NCBI GenBank assembly: GCA_017617435.1
Contig: JAFZWF010000021.1
Coordinates: forward strand, 1 to 52,509
Direction of reading: 5' to 3'
DNA from: Bacilli bacterium
Lineage (GTDB): Bacteria; Bacillota_I; Bacilli_A; RF39; UBA660
DNA: 52,509 nt
The position numbers and the translations under genes are program-made. The notes under the pieces were generated by a model. That model had not been told where the DNA came from, ran no database searches, and worked only from the letters and a program-made list of their open reading frames with translations. Shown here one piece after another: positions 38,887 through 49,857 of this stretch (position 1 is its first letter; each line of letters opens with the position of its first letter).

Positions 38887-40026
38887 TTATCCCTCTTTTG
38901 TTGTTAAATTATTTAAGTCTTGATAAACAACATTAAACACATTTATAAATTGATTTATTTCATCACTTGTAGTTAAATGAGAAATACTAATTCTAATTGT
39001 TGATGTTGCACGTTTTTTATCATTATAAATTGCCATAACAGAAGTTGATAAATCTCCTGATGCACAGGCTGTGTTTGTTCCAACATAAATATCTTTTTCT
39101 TCAAGAGCATGAATAAAAGTTTCTGGTTTAATATTATTTAAACTTATATTTAAAATATGAGGAATTGAATATTTTGTTTGATTTATTTGAATATCTTTAT
39201 GAATACTAAATTCTTTAACAAGTTTTTCATTAAGTCTTGTAACAAATCTTTCTCTTTTTTCAATATCTGTTAAAGCAATTCTTAAAGCTTTAGCAAAAGA
39301 TGCTATTAAAGCAACAGATGGTGTTCCCGGATGAAGTTCATTGGTCTTTCCAGAACCATATATTAAGGGTTTAATTTTAACTTTATCGTTTCTATAAAGC
39401 ATACCTATACCTTTTGGACAGAAAAATTTGTGTCCAGAAAGGGATGCTAAATCAACATCATTAAAATTAACTGGAACTTTACCAATTGCTTGTGTAAAAT
39501 CAGAATGAAGTAAAGTATTATTATTTTCTTTTTTTATAATTTGTCTAATCATTTTAAGAGGTTGTCTTACTCCAGTTTCGCTATTTACAGAACAAATAGA
39601 TACTAAAACTGTATCATCTCTAACTAATTTTTTTAAATGATCAAAATCAATTAAACCATCTTGATCATTATCAACATAACTAACTTCAAAACCAATGCTA
39701 GTTAAATAATCACATATTTTATAAATACTAGGATGTTCAAGTTTAGATGTTATTAAATGTTTACCTTGATGATGATTAGCAAGCATTACACCAATTAAAG
39801 CTAAGTTATTAGCTTCAGTGGCACTATATGTATAAATTATTTCTCTAGGCATAACATTACATATATCAGCTATTTGTTTTGTAGCTGAAGTTATTAAATC
39901 TAAAGATTTAACACCTAATTTATGAAGTGAATTAGGATTTCCGATAAAGTCTTTAGTAGTTCTATTAAAAGTATCAAGTACTTCAAATGACACAGGTGTT
40001 GTTGCGCTATAATCTAAATATATCAT
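38887..40026 (-). CDS. Cysteine desulfurase (NifZ/IscS-like)
   Basis: IYLDYSATTP, GNPNSLH, SGHKF, TACASG; upstream of thiI. Confidence 0.92.
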   Translation of the reverse strand: MIYLDYSATTPVSFEVLDTFNRTTKDFIGNPNSLHKLGVKSLDLITSATKQIADICNVMPREIIYTYSATEANNLALIGVMLANHHQGKHLITSKLEHPSIYKICDYLTSIGFEVSYVDNDQDGLIDFDHLKKLVRDDTVLVSICSVNSETGVRQPLKMIRQIIKKENNNTLLHSDFTQAIGKVPVNFNDVDLASLSGHKFFCPKGIGMLYRNDKVKIKPLIYGSGKTNELHPGTPSVALIASFAKALRIALTDIEKRERFVTRLNEKLVKEFSIHKDIQINQTKYSIPHILNISLNNIKPETFIHALEEKDIYVGTNTACASGDLSTSVMAIYNDKKRATSTIRISISHLTTSDEINQFINVFNVVYQDLNNLTTKEG

Positions 40027-40087
40027 TTAATCACATCCCTTAATTAATATAATTATACACTATATTTATTATTAAAAAAAGAAGAGA

Positions 40088-41644
40088 TTAAATATCTCTT
40101 CTTGTCATAGTTCTTTGGAAAGAATTATCTTTTTCTTGAATGTATCTAGAAATAACATCTTCATCATTTAATGTATCTGTTGGTTTAATATAAAGCCCAT
40201 TTCTTTCAAAAACTGATCCATCATTAATATACTCTGGATGTTTTCTTGAAAGTAGTTCTATAAGTGTACAACCGTTATATACTTGGTAGTATTGTTTATC
40301 AAGTTCTATTTTTATTCGTTTTGCGGATATTTTCTTTTCAAGACCTTGATATAATTCTTCTTCAATTAGTTTTTGATCTTTTTTCTTAGACATAGTATCA
40401 TTATCATATTTATTACATAATTCAAGCAAATCTTCATAAAACGGTAGTTTATATAAAAATTCTTTCATTTTAGTAGTAGCATCATTATGGTCATAATTCC
40501 AACAAGATGCAATACCATTAATTGCTTTATTTCTCATCTGGAAAGTTCTATATTCAAATTGAACTATAATATTAAGTGATTTTACTTTATATCTAACGTG
40601 TATTGATTGATATCCATTAAAAGCAGGTTTAGAAATATAATCTTTATAATAAAATGGCTTACCAAAAAATAGTGTATTTGTTCCTTCTTGTTTATATGAC
40701 TCTATTGCCCTCATGGCTCTGTAACAATCTTCAACACTATTAGTATTTATTCTTATTTTAATTAAATCATGGATCTCATTCATACTTTCAAGTTTAAGAT
40801 TTTTCATTTTTTCATTTATTTGTGAAAAAGATTTAAATTTAAACTCAACATGTTTTGATGCATTACTTGATACAAGTTTAAACTTTGGATCATAATCTTT
40901 TAATATTTTTGGAATAATGTCAGTTTGAGTAATCTTACCAATAAACCCCATTACTTTATCATTATCTTCATATTTTTCCTTACGTTCTTTTTTTAACGTT
41001 TCGTATTCTAATAATCCCTTATCCTTTTGAATAACTTCAAATGCTTTTTCTTCGAGATCTTCTTTTATAGCGTACATACTTAACATACCAGCAAGTGGAA
41101 CATAGAATTTTAATGTTTGTTCTGCTATCATAATTCTCTTTTGAGGATCCTTGTGACCATAAATAGTCCTCATATTATCAAGTCTATCAGCAAGTTTAAT
41201 ACATATTGAACTTGGATCTTTTAAAATTGATCTAACAGCCTTATTAATTGTTCGAATTAATTCATCTTCTTTAGTTGCTCCATTAAGTGAAAATTTTGTA
41301 ACATCATCAACCCTATTTGCAACATCAGTTCCAAACTCAGTTGCAATTAAATCATATGTTACACCTTCTACATCCTCTATAGTATCATGTAAAAGCGCTG
41401 CACATATATTTTTATAATCAGACTTCATTTCATCAAGAATTTTTGCAACTCTTATTGGATGCATAACATAGTCTTCTCCGCTTTTTCTTTTAACTCCTTC
41501 ATGAGCTTTTACTGCGAATTTAAAGGCTTTAGTAATCATGGTTTTATAGTGGCTAAATTCAGAATGATGTAAAAGAAGTTCGTCAAGAGCTTCTTGTAAT
41601 TCAGAAGTAAGTTCAACGTTCATGAAATCCTTCACATACATCAC
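40088..41644 (-). CDS. Short RelA/SpoT homologue (HD hydrolase, degenerate synthetase, TGS-like tail)
   Basis: AHEG..RKSGEDY.MHP, LLHDTIED, IKLADRLDNMRT, HDL..IRI, KDYISKP..NGYQSIH; only 518 aa. Confidence 0.88.
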   Translation of the reverse strand: MMYVKDFMNVELTSELQEALDELLLHHSEFSHYKTMITKAFKFAVKAHEGVKRKSGEDYVMHPIRVAKILDEMKSDYKNICAALLHDTIEDVEGVTYDLIATEFGTDVANRVDDVTKFSLNGATKEDELIRTINKAVRSILKDPSSICIKLADRLDNMRTIYGHKDPQKRIMIAEQTLKFYVPLAGMLSMYAIKEDLEEKAFEVIQKDKGLLEYETLKKERKEKYEDNDKVMGFIGKITQTDIIPKILKDYDPKFKLVSSNASKHVEFKFKSFSQINEKMKNLKLESMNEIHDLIKIRINTNSVEDCYRAMRAIESYKQEGTNTLFFGKPFYYKDYISKPAFNGYQSIHVRYKVKSLNIIVQFEYRTFQMRNKAINGIASCWNYDHNDATTKMKEFLYKLPFYEDLLELCNKYDNDTMSKKKDQKLIEEELYQGLEKKISAKRIKIELDKQYYQVYNGCTLIELLSRKHPEYINDGSVFERNGLYIKPTDTLNDEDVISRYIQEKDNSFQRTMTRRDI

Positions 41645-41705
41645 CTCAATTTTTCACATATTTTATTACTTTTTATCGAAAAAAGCAATATTTTAATAAA
41701 AAATT

Positions 41706-41731
41706 AAAAAAGCATCAATTTGATGCTTTTT
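41706..41731 (-). terminator. ezrA terminator
   Basis: AAAAAGCATCAA / TTGATGCTTTTT. Confidence 0.75.
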
Positions 41732-43445
41732 AATTATACTCGCTTATTAACTTTTCACGAATACCAGGTTCGACTATATTAATTGCTATCATTGCCTGTT
41801 CTAAACTACTTTTAAAACTTCCCTTTTCAAACAAGCTTTCTGCTTTAGCAAGTCCAAAAGCTACGTCTTTATTTATAGGTCTATATCTATTTCCGTATAC
41901 AATAGCTTGTTCAGCCATTTTTGCAGTTTTAACTGTTTCATTAATAGTATTATATACTTTAAGTACTAAATCCCTTGCAGTATCAACTCTCATATTAAGT
42001 ACTTTAATAGAAATAGGTCTTTTTTCTAATTCTTTAATCATTTCATTTATAGCCATCTGAGCTTCAGACATTTCAACATAATAATTCTTAGGCGTAATAG
42101 GAAGCTTATAACTTCTTGATTTTGTTTTTGCCTTATTTAAAATATCTTTTATCTCATCAAGTTGTTCTCTAGCTCTAAGTTCATCATCTTTTAAACTACT
42201 TAAAGTTTTTAATGTAATTTCTAGTTTTTCTTCAGTTTTTGATAATCTTGAATTAATTATTTCCATTTCTTTATTAAGCCTAGAAAAAGCAAATGTATGA
42301 TTTCGATGCATACTAATAGTTCTATCGTAGCTTGATCTTATATCAATAAGTTCTGCTTTAATACCTTCAATAATAGATACTTCTGATTCATTTAAATCAT
42401 AACTATATTTAATATCATCAAGTTTTCTATAAATATCATTACTTATTTTTTCAAGTTTAGTTACTTTTAACAAAATAGATCTAATATAACCTTCAAACAA
42501 TTTCCTTGATGTTCTTTCTTTATCAAAATCAAAATATAAAGAATCAAAATAATCAAGCATTGTTTTAAGTTCAAATACAGAATCTTCAATGTTTAAAACA
42601 TTAAGTCTTTGAAATATATCTGATATTTTTTTGTTAGTCTCTGTAACATTATGATTTATATTTAAATAATCAATATTATATCCTTCTTTAGTAAGCTTAT
42701 CTGCTATTGCAACGATATCTTCTATTTTCTTAGGAATAGCATTTTTACCAAGCATTACTATAACTGGAGCTTCTTCAATTACCTCTTTTAAATTACCAAC
42801 TGTACTTGAAATAGCTTTTACAATCTTACCAACTTCAGTATATGCGTTTTGATCCATAGCAATCTCAAATGTTTGAAATAATTTATCGACATTTTCGAAC
42901 TGAAGTTCAAGTGGTTTTCCAACTAGTTCATAATCATTTTTATTTTTATCATACTTATTTTTTACTTCACGATATTCAGTTTTAAGTTTAATTATAGCTT
43001 CTCTGTTACGCTCTTCACTTGAAGTTATTTCTTTAATTTCATCAAGTAAAAAATTAGTTTTAGTTTTTAAATATGTAATTTCAAGTTCAATATTAGTTAT
43101 TCCATCATTTAAAGCATTATAATCTTTCTTTTGGAATAATTCTTCTAATTTAATTAAACCATCAGTTATTTTAGGTAAATCCTTATTTTTAATTTTATTA
43201 AATCTTTCTTGCCAGTTTTCAAATTTTTCTCTTAAAGCATCATTATTAATTAAACCTTCAACTTTATTAAGTTCAGCGAGAATTTGGGCAGAAATAATTA
43301 AATTCTTATCTCTTTCAAGATTTGATAGTTCTTCACTATATTTTTTCTTTTTAGATTTGTTTATTAATACAAGTACAGTGATTATTATGATTAAACCAAC
43401 AATTATATAAGAACTAAAGATTAAGACATTTGTTCCGCTTCCCAT
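41730..43445 (-). CDS. ezrA: Septation ring formation regulator EzrA
   Basis: N-terminal TM helix, long coiled coil, AEQAIVYGNRYR patch; divergent from rpsD. Confidence 0.92.
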   Translation of the reverse strand: MGSGTNVLIFSSYIIVGLIIIITVLVLINKSKKKKYSEELSNLERDKNLIISAQILAELNKVEGLINNDALREKFENWQERFNKIKNKDLPKITDGLIKLEELFQKKDYNALNDGITNIELEITYLKTKTNFLLDEIKEITSSEERNREAIIKLKTEYREVKNKYDKNKNDYELVGKPLELQFENVDKLFQTFEIAMDQNAYTEVGKIVKAISSTVGNLKEVIEEAPVIVMLGKNAIPKKIEDIVAIADKLTKEGYNIDYLNINHNVTETNKKISDIFQRLNVLNIEDSVFELKTMLDYFDSLYFDFDKERTSRKLFEGYIRSILLKVTKLEKISNDIYRKLDDIKYSYDLNESEVSIIEGIKAELIDIRSSYDRTISMHRNHTFAFSRLNKEMEIINSRLSKTEEKLEITLKTLSSLKDDELRAREQLDEIKDILNKAKTKSRSYKLPITPKNYYVEMSEAQMAINEMIKELEKRPISIKVLNMRVDTARDLVLKVYNTINETVKTAKMAEQAIVYGNRYRPINKDVAFGLAKAESLFEKGSFKSSLEQAMIAINIVEPGIREKLISEYN

Positions 43446-43564
43446 ATATAATCCCTTACCTTCTAATTTATTTTAACACAAAGACATAAAATTTACCACA
43501 CATTAATATATTTTTTATATATTTTTTATTAGAGAATAAAATACCTTAATTTACCTTAATTTAT

Positions 43565-43592
43565 TTGACTTTTAAAGAATATATTGTATAAT
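43565..43592 (+). promoter_or_regulatory. sigma-A promoter of rpsD
   Basis: TTGACT-16 nt-TATAAT. Confidence 0.7.
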
Positions 43593-43596
43593 ATTA

Positions 43597-43745
43597 GTGC
43601 AATTACATTTGGCAGCGTTATGTTATTTAAATTAATGTGTTTATGTCCATTTAATTGTAACTTAGTAATTAGGGCTGCCCTAAGGAAAAGTTAATAATAA
43701 ACTCCCTATTTTAAATACTTAACAAACCCTTAAGTTATGTGCAAA
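43597..43745 (+). promoter_or_regulatory. Putative S4 autoregulatory leader RNA
   Basis: ~170-nt 5' UTR with GGCAGC/GCTGCC pairing flanking a GTAAC motif, as in Bacilli rpsD leaders. Confidence 0.65.
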
Positions 43746-43770
43746 TATAATGAAAGGAGAATATTAAACT

Positions 43771-44373
43771 ATGGCAAGATATACAGGACCTGCTTATAAA
43801 AAAGCACGTCATTTAAATTTTTCACTTCTTGAAAATGGTAAAGAAACAGCTAAAAGACCTTATGCTCCAGGACAACACGGAACTGATCGTCGTCATAAAC
43901 TATCAGAATATGGTATCCAATTACAAGAAAAACAAAAAGTTAGATTAATGTATGGTTTAAATGAAAAGCAATTCAGAAGAACTTTTGAAAAAGCTCAAAA
44001 AATGAGTGGTATTGCTGGTGAAAATTTACTTCGTTTACTTGAAAGTCGTTTAGATAACATTGTTTATCGTATGGGACTTGCAAATACTCGTAGAGCTGCT
44101 CGTCAAGTAGTTAACCATGGACATATCCTTGTTAATGGAATTAAAGTTGATATTCCATCATATTTAGTAAAACCTGGAGATGTTGTTAGTGTTAAAGAAA
44201 ACTCTCTTGAACATCCAGCAATTAAAGCATCACTAGAAAAAAATAATACATTACCTGCTTTTGTTGAATTCGATGCTAAAAAAATGTCTGGTACTTATGT
44301 TAGATATCCAGATAGATCTGAACTAAATCAAGAAATTAATGAATCACTTATCGTTGAGTTCTACAACAGATAA
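43771..44373 (+). CDS. rpsD: 30S ribosomal protein S4
   Basis: [33 protein letters not shown]. Confidence 0.98.
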   Translation: MARYTGPAYKKARHLNFSLLENGKETAKRPYAPGQHGTDRRHKLSEYGIQLQEKQKVRLMYGLNEKQFRRTFEKAQKMSGIAGENLLRLLESRLDNIVYRMGLANTRRAARQVVNHGHILVNGIKVDIPSYLVKPGDVVSVKENSLEHPAIKASLEKNNTLPAFVEFDAKKMSGTYVRYPDRSELNQEINESLIVEFYNR

Positions 44374-44388
44374 TAGATTAAAGCAAAT

Positions 44389-44418
44389 AAAAAAGAAGCT
44401 ATTTAGCTTCTTTTTTTT
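44389..44418. terminator. Bidirectional terminator
   Basis: AAAAAGAAGCTA / TAGCTTCTTTTT. Confidence 0.8.
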
Positions 44419-45682
44419 CAGGTTTTAATGTACCTATCATATAGTTGTTTAAATCAACATGACTATATATTTCGTTTATTTTTTCTACAGTAAGATTCTT
44501 AATAATTTGATTTGTTTTAGAAACTGGATCATTATTTTCAATTAAAGAAGTAATCATTGAAGCAGCAACGTTATATATATTATCAAACTTCATAATAAAA
44601 TTAGCATCAGATACAGTTTGAATACGTTTTAACTCCTCTTTAGTTATTTTAATATCTTTTAATTCTTTTAGAATTAACTTTTTAACCTTATCAACTTCTT
44701 CAGTTTGAAAACAAAAATCAATACCAACAGCTCCATCATCATATAAAACACTATCATAAAAATAAGTCGCAAAATTATTTTGGAGTAAATGTTCATTAAA
44801 ATCACTTGTTGAACCAAACTTAGCACTTAATATACATCTAAGTGCTGTTAAAATAGTATCTTTATCTTTACACTTAAATTCTTTTAACATTGTTTTAAAA
44901 GATAACCTTGCCGTTGTATTAATGCAAGCTTTTGATTTAATCGAATATTTTTTTGTATTAAGATCCTTTTTTTCAATTTTTTCAATTACTTTTACCGTTT
45001 TAATAGGTTTAAATTCCCTATTTTTTTCGTTATCACATATAATTTCTTCCATTTTTTTAGGATCAAAATTACCTGTAATAACCATAAACATATTTTCTGG
45101 TCGATAAAAAGAATTATATATTAACTGAATATCACCTAAAGTAATTTGTTTTATATCTTTTTCAGTTCCAATAACTGGATTCCTAACATTACTATTAACT
45201 AAATAGTTTTTAAGATATTCCATATAAAATACATAAGATGGATTATCTTTAGAAGAATTAGCTTCTTCTAAAATTATTCCTCTCTCATCTTCAATCATTT
45301 TCTTTGTAAAATATTCTTCATAAACAAAATTAAGTAATAGCCTTGTAGCATCATATATATTATTATTAGCAAATACTTCAAATACCGTTTCTCTTAAAGA
45401 AGTATAAGCATTTGTATCACAACCTAAATCTAAGAATTGATCAGAAATTTCACCATCTTTTACATGAAACTTAATATGTTCTAAGTAATGAGCAACACCT
45501 GTTGGAACATTATATGTTACATTACCTATTTTAAAATCAGTTCCTGTTGAACCATATCTTACAACAAGTGAAATATAAGTATTTTCCTTTTTATCATTTA
45601 CCCACATATATACAGGAAGTTTAGTAGGAGCATTAAATGTATAAATTTTTTCATCTGAATTATTAATCTTGATTTCTTTCAT
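44399..45682 (-). CDS. M16 family zinc peptidase (YmfH-like catalytic subunit)
   Basis: GVAHYLEHIKF (HxxEH), NAYTS, ERGIILEE, FYRPENM. Confidence 0.9.
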   Translation of the reverse strand: MKEIKINNSDEKIYTFNAPTKLPVYMWVNDKKENTYISLVVRYGSTGTDFKIGNVTYNVPTGVAHYLEHIKFHVKDGEISDQFLDLGCDTNAYTSLRETVFEVFANNNIYDATRLLLNFVYEEYFTKKMIEDERGIILEEANSSKDNPSYVFYMEYLKNYLVNSNVRNPVIGTEKDIKQITLGDIQLIYNSFYRPENMFMVITGNFDPKKMEEIICDNEKNREFKPIKTVKVIEKIEKKDLNTKKYSIKSKACINTTARLSFKTMLKEFKCKDKDTILTALRCILSAKFGSTSDFNEHLLQNNFATYFYDSVLYDDGAVGIDFCFQTEEVDKVKKLILKELKDIKITKEELKRIQTVSDANFIMKFDNIYNVAASMITSLIENNDPVSKTNQIIKNLTVEKINEIYSHVDLNNYMIGTLKPEKKEAK

Positions 45683-46940
45683 TAATATCACCCTTCAAAA
45701 CATAAACTGTATTAAGACGTAATTTATTAGCAAGCTTATAAACATCAGAAAGTGTAACTTTTTTAAAACTCTTTAGTTTTGTGTTGTAGTCACTAAATCC
45801 GCCATAATAAATATTAAAATACAATCTCGATATTGCAGATAAACTATCAAGCATTCCTTTTAAAGAACTTTGGTAATTATAATATGCACCAACAAATTCT
45901 TTATCTGTTATATTATTTTTCATATCTTTAACAGCTTTTTTAACAAGTCTTATAGCCTTTCTTTCTTTACCTACATTAAGTGTACTTTTAATAACTAAAT
46001 AGTTACCACTATTAAAATATGTGGTGTTTACGTTATAACAAAGAGAATTTTTCTCTCTTAAGTTTTGATACAACTTAGATGATAAACCATTATTATTTAT
46101 TATGTTTAAATAATACGGCATAACAAATTCTCTTTCAAACATTGTTAAACAATTAACATTGTATATCATAACTAATGAACTTTGTTTAAAACTTGACTTT
46201 TTAAACTTAGTTTTTGGAATAAAACGATTTTTTGCATATGTTAAATGATTATATTTAACATAATTAGAATTATTAATAGAATAATATTTTTTAATAATTT
46301 CATTTACTTTTATAGCATCAGTTGAACCACTAACAAAAATATCAACAGATGATTCTTTAATTAAGTCCTGATAATATGAATAAAGTTCTTCTTTAGTTAA
46401 ATTATTTATAAAATCAATCATGTCATGCAAATGAAATCTTATAGCAGGATTTTTTGTAAAATTCTTTTGTGCATTATCCGAACTTAAAAATCTATTATTA
46501 CCATCTAGACCCATTAAACTTTTAATATGTCTTTCTTTTATCATTTTAAACGTTTTTTCATCAAATCCATTATCAGTAACTATTGGATTAGTAATAACGT
46601 CAAAAACAAACTCTACTGTTTTTTCTAAATAATTCTTATCCTTTATATATTTAGGGTCCACGTAATCACAAACTATACTAGTTGACATTACCTTACCATT
46701 AATATTAAAAGATCCGTAAAAATCAAGAATATATGATTCTTCCATATGTCTAGATATGTACTTTCTTGTTGGATATTTTTTACATTGATCTGTTAATATA
46801 TCACAAAGAAGTGAATACGCAGCAGCTTTTTTAGAATCAAATAAAGAACGGAAGATTATTTCAATTCCGCAACTTCTAAATGTATCTACTTCTATAACAT
46901 GTAAATTGTACTTTCCATGATCATATTTTTTAAACTTCAT
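45663..46940 (-). CDS. M16 family non-catalytic partner (YmfF-like)
   Basis: SKLYQNLREKNSLCY motif, no HxxEH; overlaps the YmfH-like gene. Confidence 0.85.
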   Translation of the reverse strand: MKFKKYDHGKYNLHVIEVDTFRSCGIEIIFRSLFDSKKAAAYSLLCDILTDQCKKYPTRKYISRHMEESYILDFYGSFNINGKVMSTSIVCDYVDPKYIKDKNYLEKTVEFVFDVITNPIVTDNGFDEKTFKMIKERHIKSLMGLDGNNRFLSSDNAQKNFTKNPAIRFHLHDMIDFINNLTKEELYSYYQDLIKESSVDIFVSGSTDAIKVNEIIKKYYSINNSNYVKYNHLTYAKNRFIPKTKFKKSSFKQSSLVMIYNVNCLTMFEREFVMPYYLNIINNNGLSSKLYQNLREKNSLCYNVNTTYFNSGNYLVIKSTLNVGKERKAIRLVKKAVKDMKNNITDKEFVGAYYNYQSSLKGMLDSLSAISRLYFNIYYGGFSDYNTKLKSFKKVTLSDVYKLANKLRLNTVYVLKGDINERNQD

Positions 46941-46958
46941 TTATATCACCAGATCTAT

Positions 46959-48062
46959 TTATTGTAAATTTTTATACTCGTTAATAAAATAATCATCAGT
47001 CATACCAGCAATATAGTCAATTACTATTCTTGCATTTGAATTGTTTGTATATTCAGTATTTTTAAATAATAGAAAGTTTTGATAAATTGATGAAGATAAG
47101 TTTTGATTTTCTAAATCTTTCATATAAGAATCAAAAAGTTCATTAAACATTTTTTTGTATCTTGCAACATCTTCTTTAGTATTAGCTTTTTCATATATAT
47201 TTTTATAATTAAATGTTTTTAATGCTTTTATAGCATTATAAACATCATCACTTAACTTAATATATGGTTTATCAAAACTATTATTTATTATATCTAAAAT
47301 TATTGTATTAACAATTTGACTATTTGTTTTACCTAAAACATTAGTTATCTCTTCTGGAACGCTATCATCTTTGATTAAACCAAGTCTTAAAGCATCTTCG
47401 ATGTCTCTTCCAATATATGCAATTAAATCGCTAACACGAACAACGCAGCCTTCTAAAGTCATAGGTATAAGTTCTACATCTTTTTTATAACTATCATTAA
47501 GTTCAGTTAAAAAATCTTCTTTAGTTTTCTTCTTTGGATAATATTTATCCATAACAAATTCTCCATTATGGCACATTATTGCATCAAGAACTTGAAGGGA
47601 AATATTTTTCCCTTTTCCACCATTTTCAATATTCATAAGTGTTCTAACACTTTGAATATTATGGTTAAAATAACCTTCATTATTTTTTAAACTAATTTCA
47701 TTTAAAATATGTTCACCAACATGACCAAATGGAACATGACCTAAATCATGTCCAAGTGCAGCAGCCTCTATTAAATCCTCATTTAACCCAAGTGCTCTAC
47801 CTATTGTTCTTGCAATTTTACTTACAAACTGAACATGAATCATTCTTTTACATATATGGTCATTATCATTAAATGAAAAAACTTGAGTTTTATCCATATA
47901 TCTCGTGTATGAAAGTGAATATATAATCCTATCAATATCTCGAAAGAAAGCAGTCCTAATATCAGAACTTTCTTCATTTTTTAAATATATTACATCTTTG
48001 TCCTTAGTAGCGTATTTAGATAAATTAATGTTATGTCTTAACATATTTTCTTCAATACTCAT
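46959..48062 (-). CDS. dNTP triphosphohydrolase-like HD protein
   Basis: FFRDIDRI, KTQVF, GHDLGHVPFGHVGE, DLIAY, DYIAGMTD. Confidence 0.92.
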   Translation of the reverse strand: MSIEENMLRHNINLSKYATKDKDVIYLKNEESSDIRTAFFRDIDRIIYSLSYTRYMDKTQVFSFNDNDHICKRMIHVQFVSKIARTIGRALGLNEDLIEAAALGHDLGHVPFGHVGEHILNEISLKNNEGYFNHNIQSVRTLMNIENGGKGKNISLQVLDAIMCHNGEFVMDKYYPKKKTKEDFLTELNDSYKKDVELIPMTLEGCVVRVSDLIAYIGRDIEDALRLGLIKDDSVPEEITNVLGKTNSQIVNTIILDIINNSFDKPYIKLSDDVYNAIKALKTFNYKNIYEKANTKEDVARYKKMFNELFDSYMKDLENQNLSSSIYQNFLLFKNTEYTNNSNARIVIDYIAGMTDDYFINEYKNLQ

Positions 48063-48104
48063 AAACAAATCACCTACTTATTTATTATATCAAATAATTA
48101 TGTG

Positions 48105-48986
48105 TTATTTATCACTTTTATTAACTTTTATGGGATTAACATGTATAACTGCTAAGTAAATATTATCAATACTATTTACAATTTCTTTTTCAAGTTTATC
48201 AGCTATGTCATGAGATTCAAATGTTGATAAATTTCCATCAACAAAAATAGATATTGATATTTGATATTCGTAACCTATTGGTGTTGCATTAAAATGATTA
48301 TATTTAATTATTTCGGGATATTTTTTTAATATATTTATTACTTCTTCTTTGGAATCACTAGAAATAGTTCTATCCATTAAAACATGATAACTTTCAACAA
48401 AAATTTTAATATAAGTATATATTATCCAAAGAGAAATAAATATACCCGCTATTGAATCAATATAATTGATATTTAAAGATGATAAAAATATTGCAATTAA
48501 ATTAAATGTTGTTATAAAAACATCATTTAAATGGTCTTTTGAATTAGCTTTAATTAAGATATTATGAAACTTTTTTGATAAATAATTTGTATAAACAAAA
48601 AGTAAGGCTTTAACAATGATAGTTACAGCGCACACAACTATTAGCCAGTAAGAAAAGTTCATTGTATCATTATGAATAATTTTTAAAACAGAATTTTTTA
48701 TTAAAATTAATCCTGTAAAAATCATAATAATACTTATTACAAGTGAAAAAATATACTCAGCTTTACCATGACCAAGGTCATGATCATTATCAGATGGTTT
48801 ACTTGATATTTTATTACCTATAAATGTCATTACAGATGAAAAAATATCTCCAGCACTATTAAATGTATCGGCTAACATAGCATTACTTTTAAAAATAATT
48901 GCAACTAATGATTTAATTATTAATAAAAATAAGTTACCTATAACTCCAAGTAAACTTGCTTTTCTAATACTTTTATATTTATTCAT
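48105..48986 (-). CDS. Cation diffusion facilitator family transporter
   Basis: AD..NS..D, HDLGHGKAEY, DHLND, SHDIAD, IHVNP; about six TM segments. Confidence 0.92.
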   Translation of the reverse strand: MNKYKSIRKASLLGVIGNLFLLIIKSLVAIIFKSNAMLADTFNSAGDIFSSVMTFIGNKISSKPSDNDHDLGHGKAEYIFSLVISIIMIFTGLILIKNSVLKIIHNDTMNFSYWLIVVCAVTIIVKALLFVYTNYLSKKFHNILIKANSKDHLNDVFITTFNLIAIFLSSLNINYIDSIAGIFISLWIIYTYIKIFVESYHVLMDRTISSDSKEEVINILKKYPEIIKYNHFNATPIGYEYQISISIFVDGNLSTFESHDIADKLEKEIVNSIDNIYLAVIHVNPIKVNKSDK

Positions 48987-49088
48987 ATTATCAGATTCCT
49001 TTGTATAAGAATAAGTATATAATTATATAATGTTTAATGCAATAAAAAAGCATTATTATTTATATAATAATGCTTAATAAATTATAAA

Positions 49089-49835
49089 TTATTCATATAA
49101 AGTACAGTCAACTGTTTCACCATTATCTTGTCTTTGTTTTAAATATTCACCAGCTGTAATTGACTGTATAGTTTTAATGTTAGAAAATTTGCCTTTACCC
49201 TTATATTCCATCTCATATTCAGCAGCAAATACACTTTCACTTTCTGCAAGACATGCTGACCATATAGGATCTTGATAATAAATACTAGTTACTATAGATA
49301 TTTTATTATTTTCTATTTTAAATGGATATTCACTATATCCAAACATACTAGAATTAGATACACCATTTAAACCTATACAAAGGTCACTACCTATAGTTTC
49401 ACACTGTGATTTATCACTTGTAAACCATAGTACATTTGCATCTTTATCTACAGCATATAAAATATTATCATATGTTTCCATTTGATCATTATAAATTGCA
49501 GATAAAGAAATTATATATGCATCTTTATCAAGTTTATATACTTTTTCAACGATTGCTGAATAATATGATGTTTTATAATCAACTTGTTTACCATTTATAC
49601 TAATTACTTGAACTAATGGATAAGAACTTGCTTCAAACACTTCATATTCATCACCAGGAGCTTCAAGTAAACGAAGTGTTTCTTTAGTGTTATCTTCTGT
49701 AACTTTCTTCTTTTTCTTTCCTCCATCTTTATTATTAAAAATAATAAATAAAAGAGCAATAATTAATAAAACAGATAATACACCTATAATTATATACAAA
49801 ATAAGATTAGATTTTGCTTTTTCATTTTTTTTCAT
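49089..49835 (-). CDS. Hypothetical single-pass membrane protein
   Basis: N-terminal TM helix, Lys-rich linker, outer domain with four Cys; terminator at 49044-49075. Confidence 0.7.
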   Translation of the reverse strand: MKKNEKAKSNLILYIIIGVLSVLLIIALLFIIFNNKDGGKKKKKVTEDNTKETLRLLEAPGDEYEVFEASSYPLVQVISINGKQVDYKTSYYSAIVEKVYKLDKDAYIISLSAIYNDQMETYDNILYAVDKDANVLWFTSDKSQCETIGSDLCIGLNGVSNSSMFGYSEYPFKIENNKISIVTSIYYQDPIWSACLAESESVFAAEYEMEYKGKGKFSNIKTIQSITAGEYLKQRQDNGETVDCTLYE

Positions 49836-49857
49836 ATGTTATCACCTAAAAAGACTA

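Noticed and set aside
43542-43561. TACCTTAATT tandem repeat as a regulator box
   Set aside because: Two short AT-rich copies that I cannot assign to a known regulator; may be chance
43597-43745. Long rpsD leader as a novel riboswitch or small RNA
   Set aside because: Adequately explained by the known S4 autoregulatory leader
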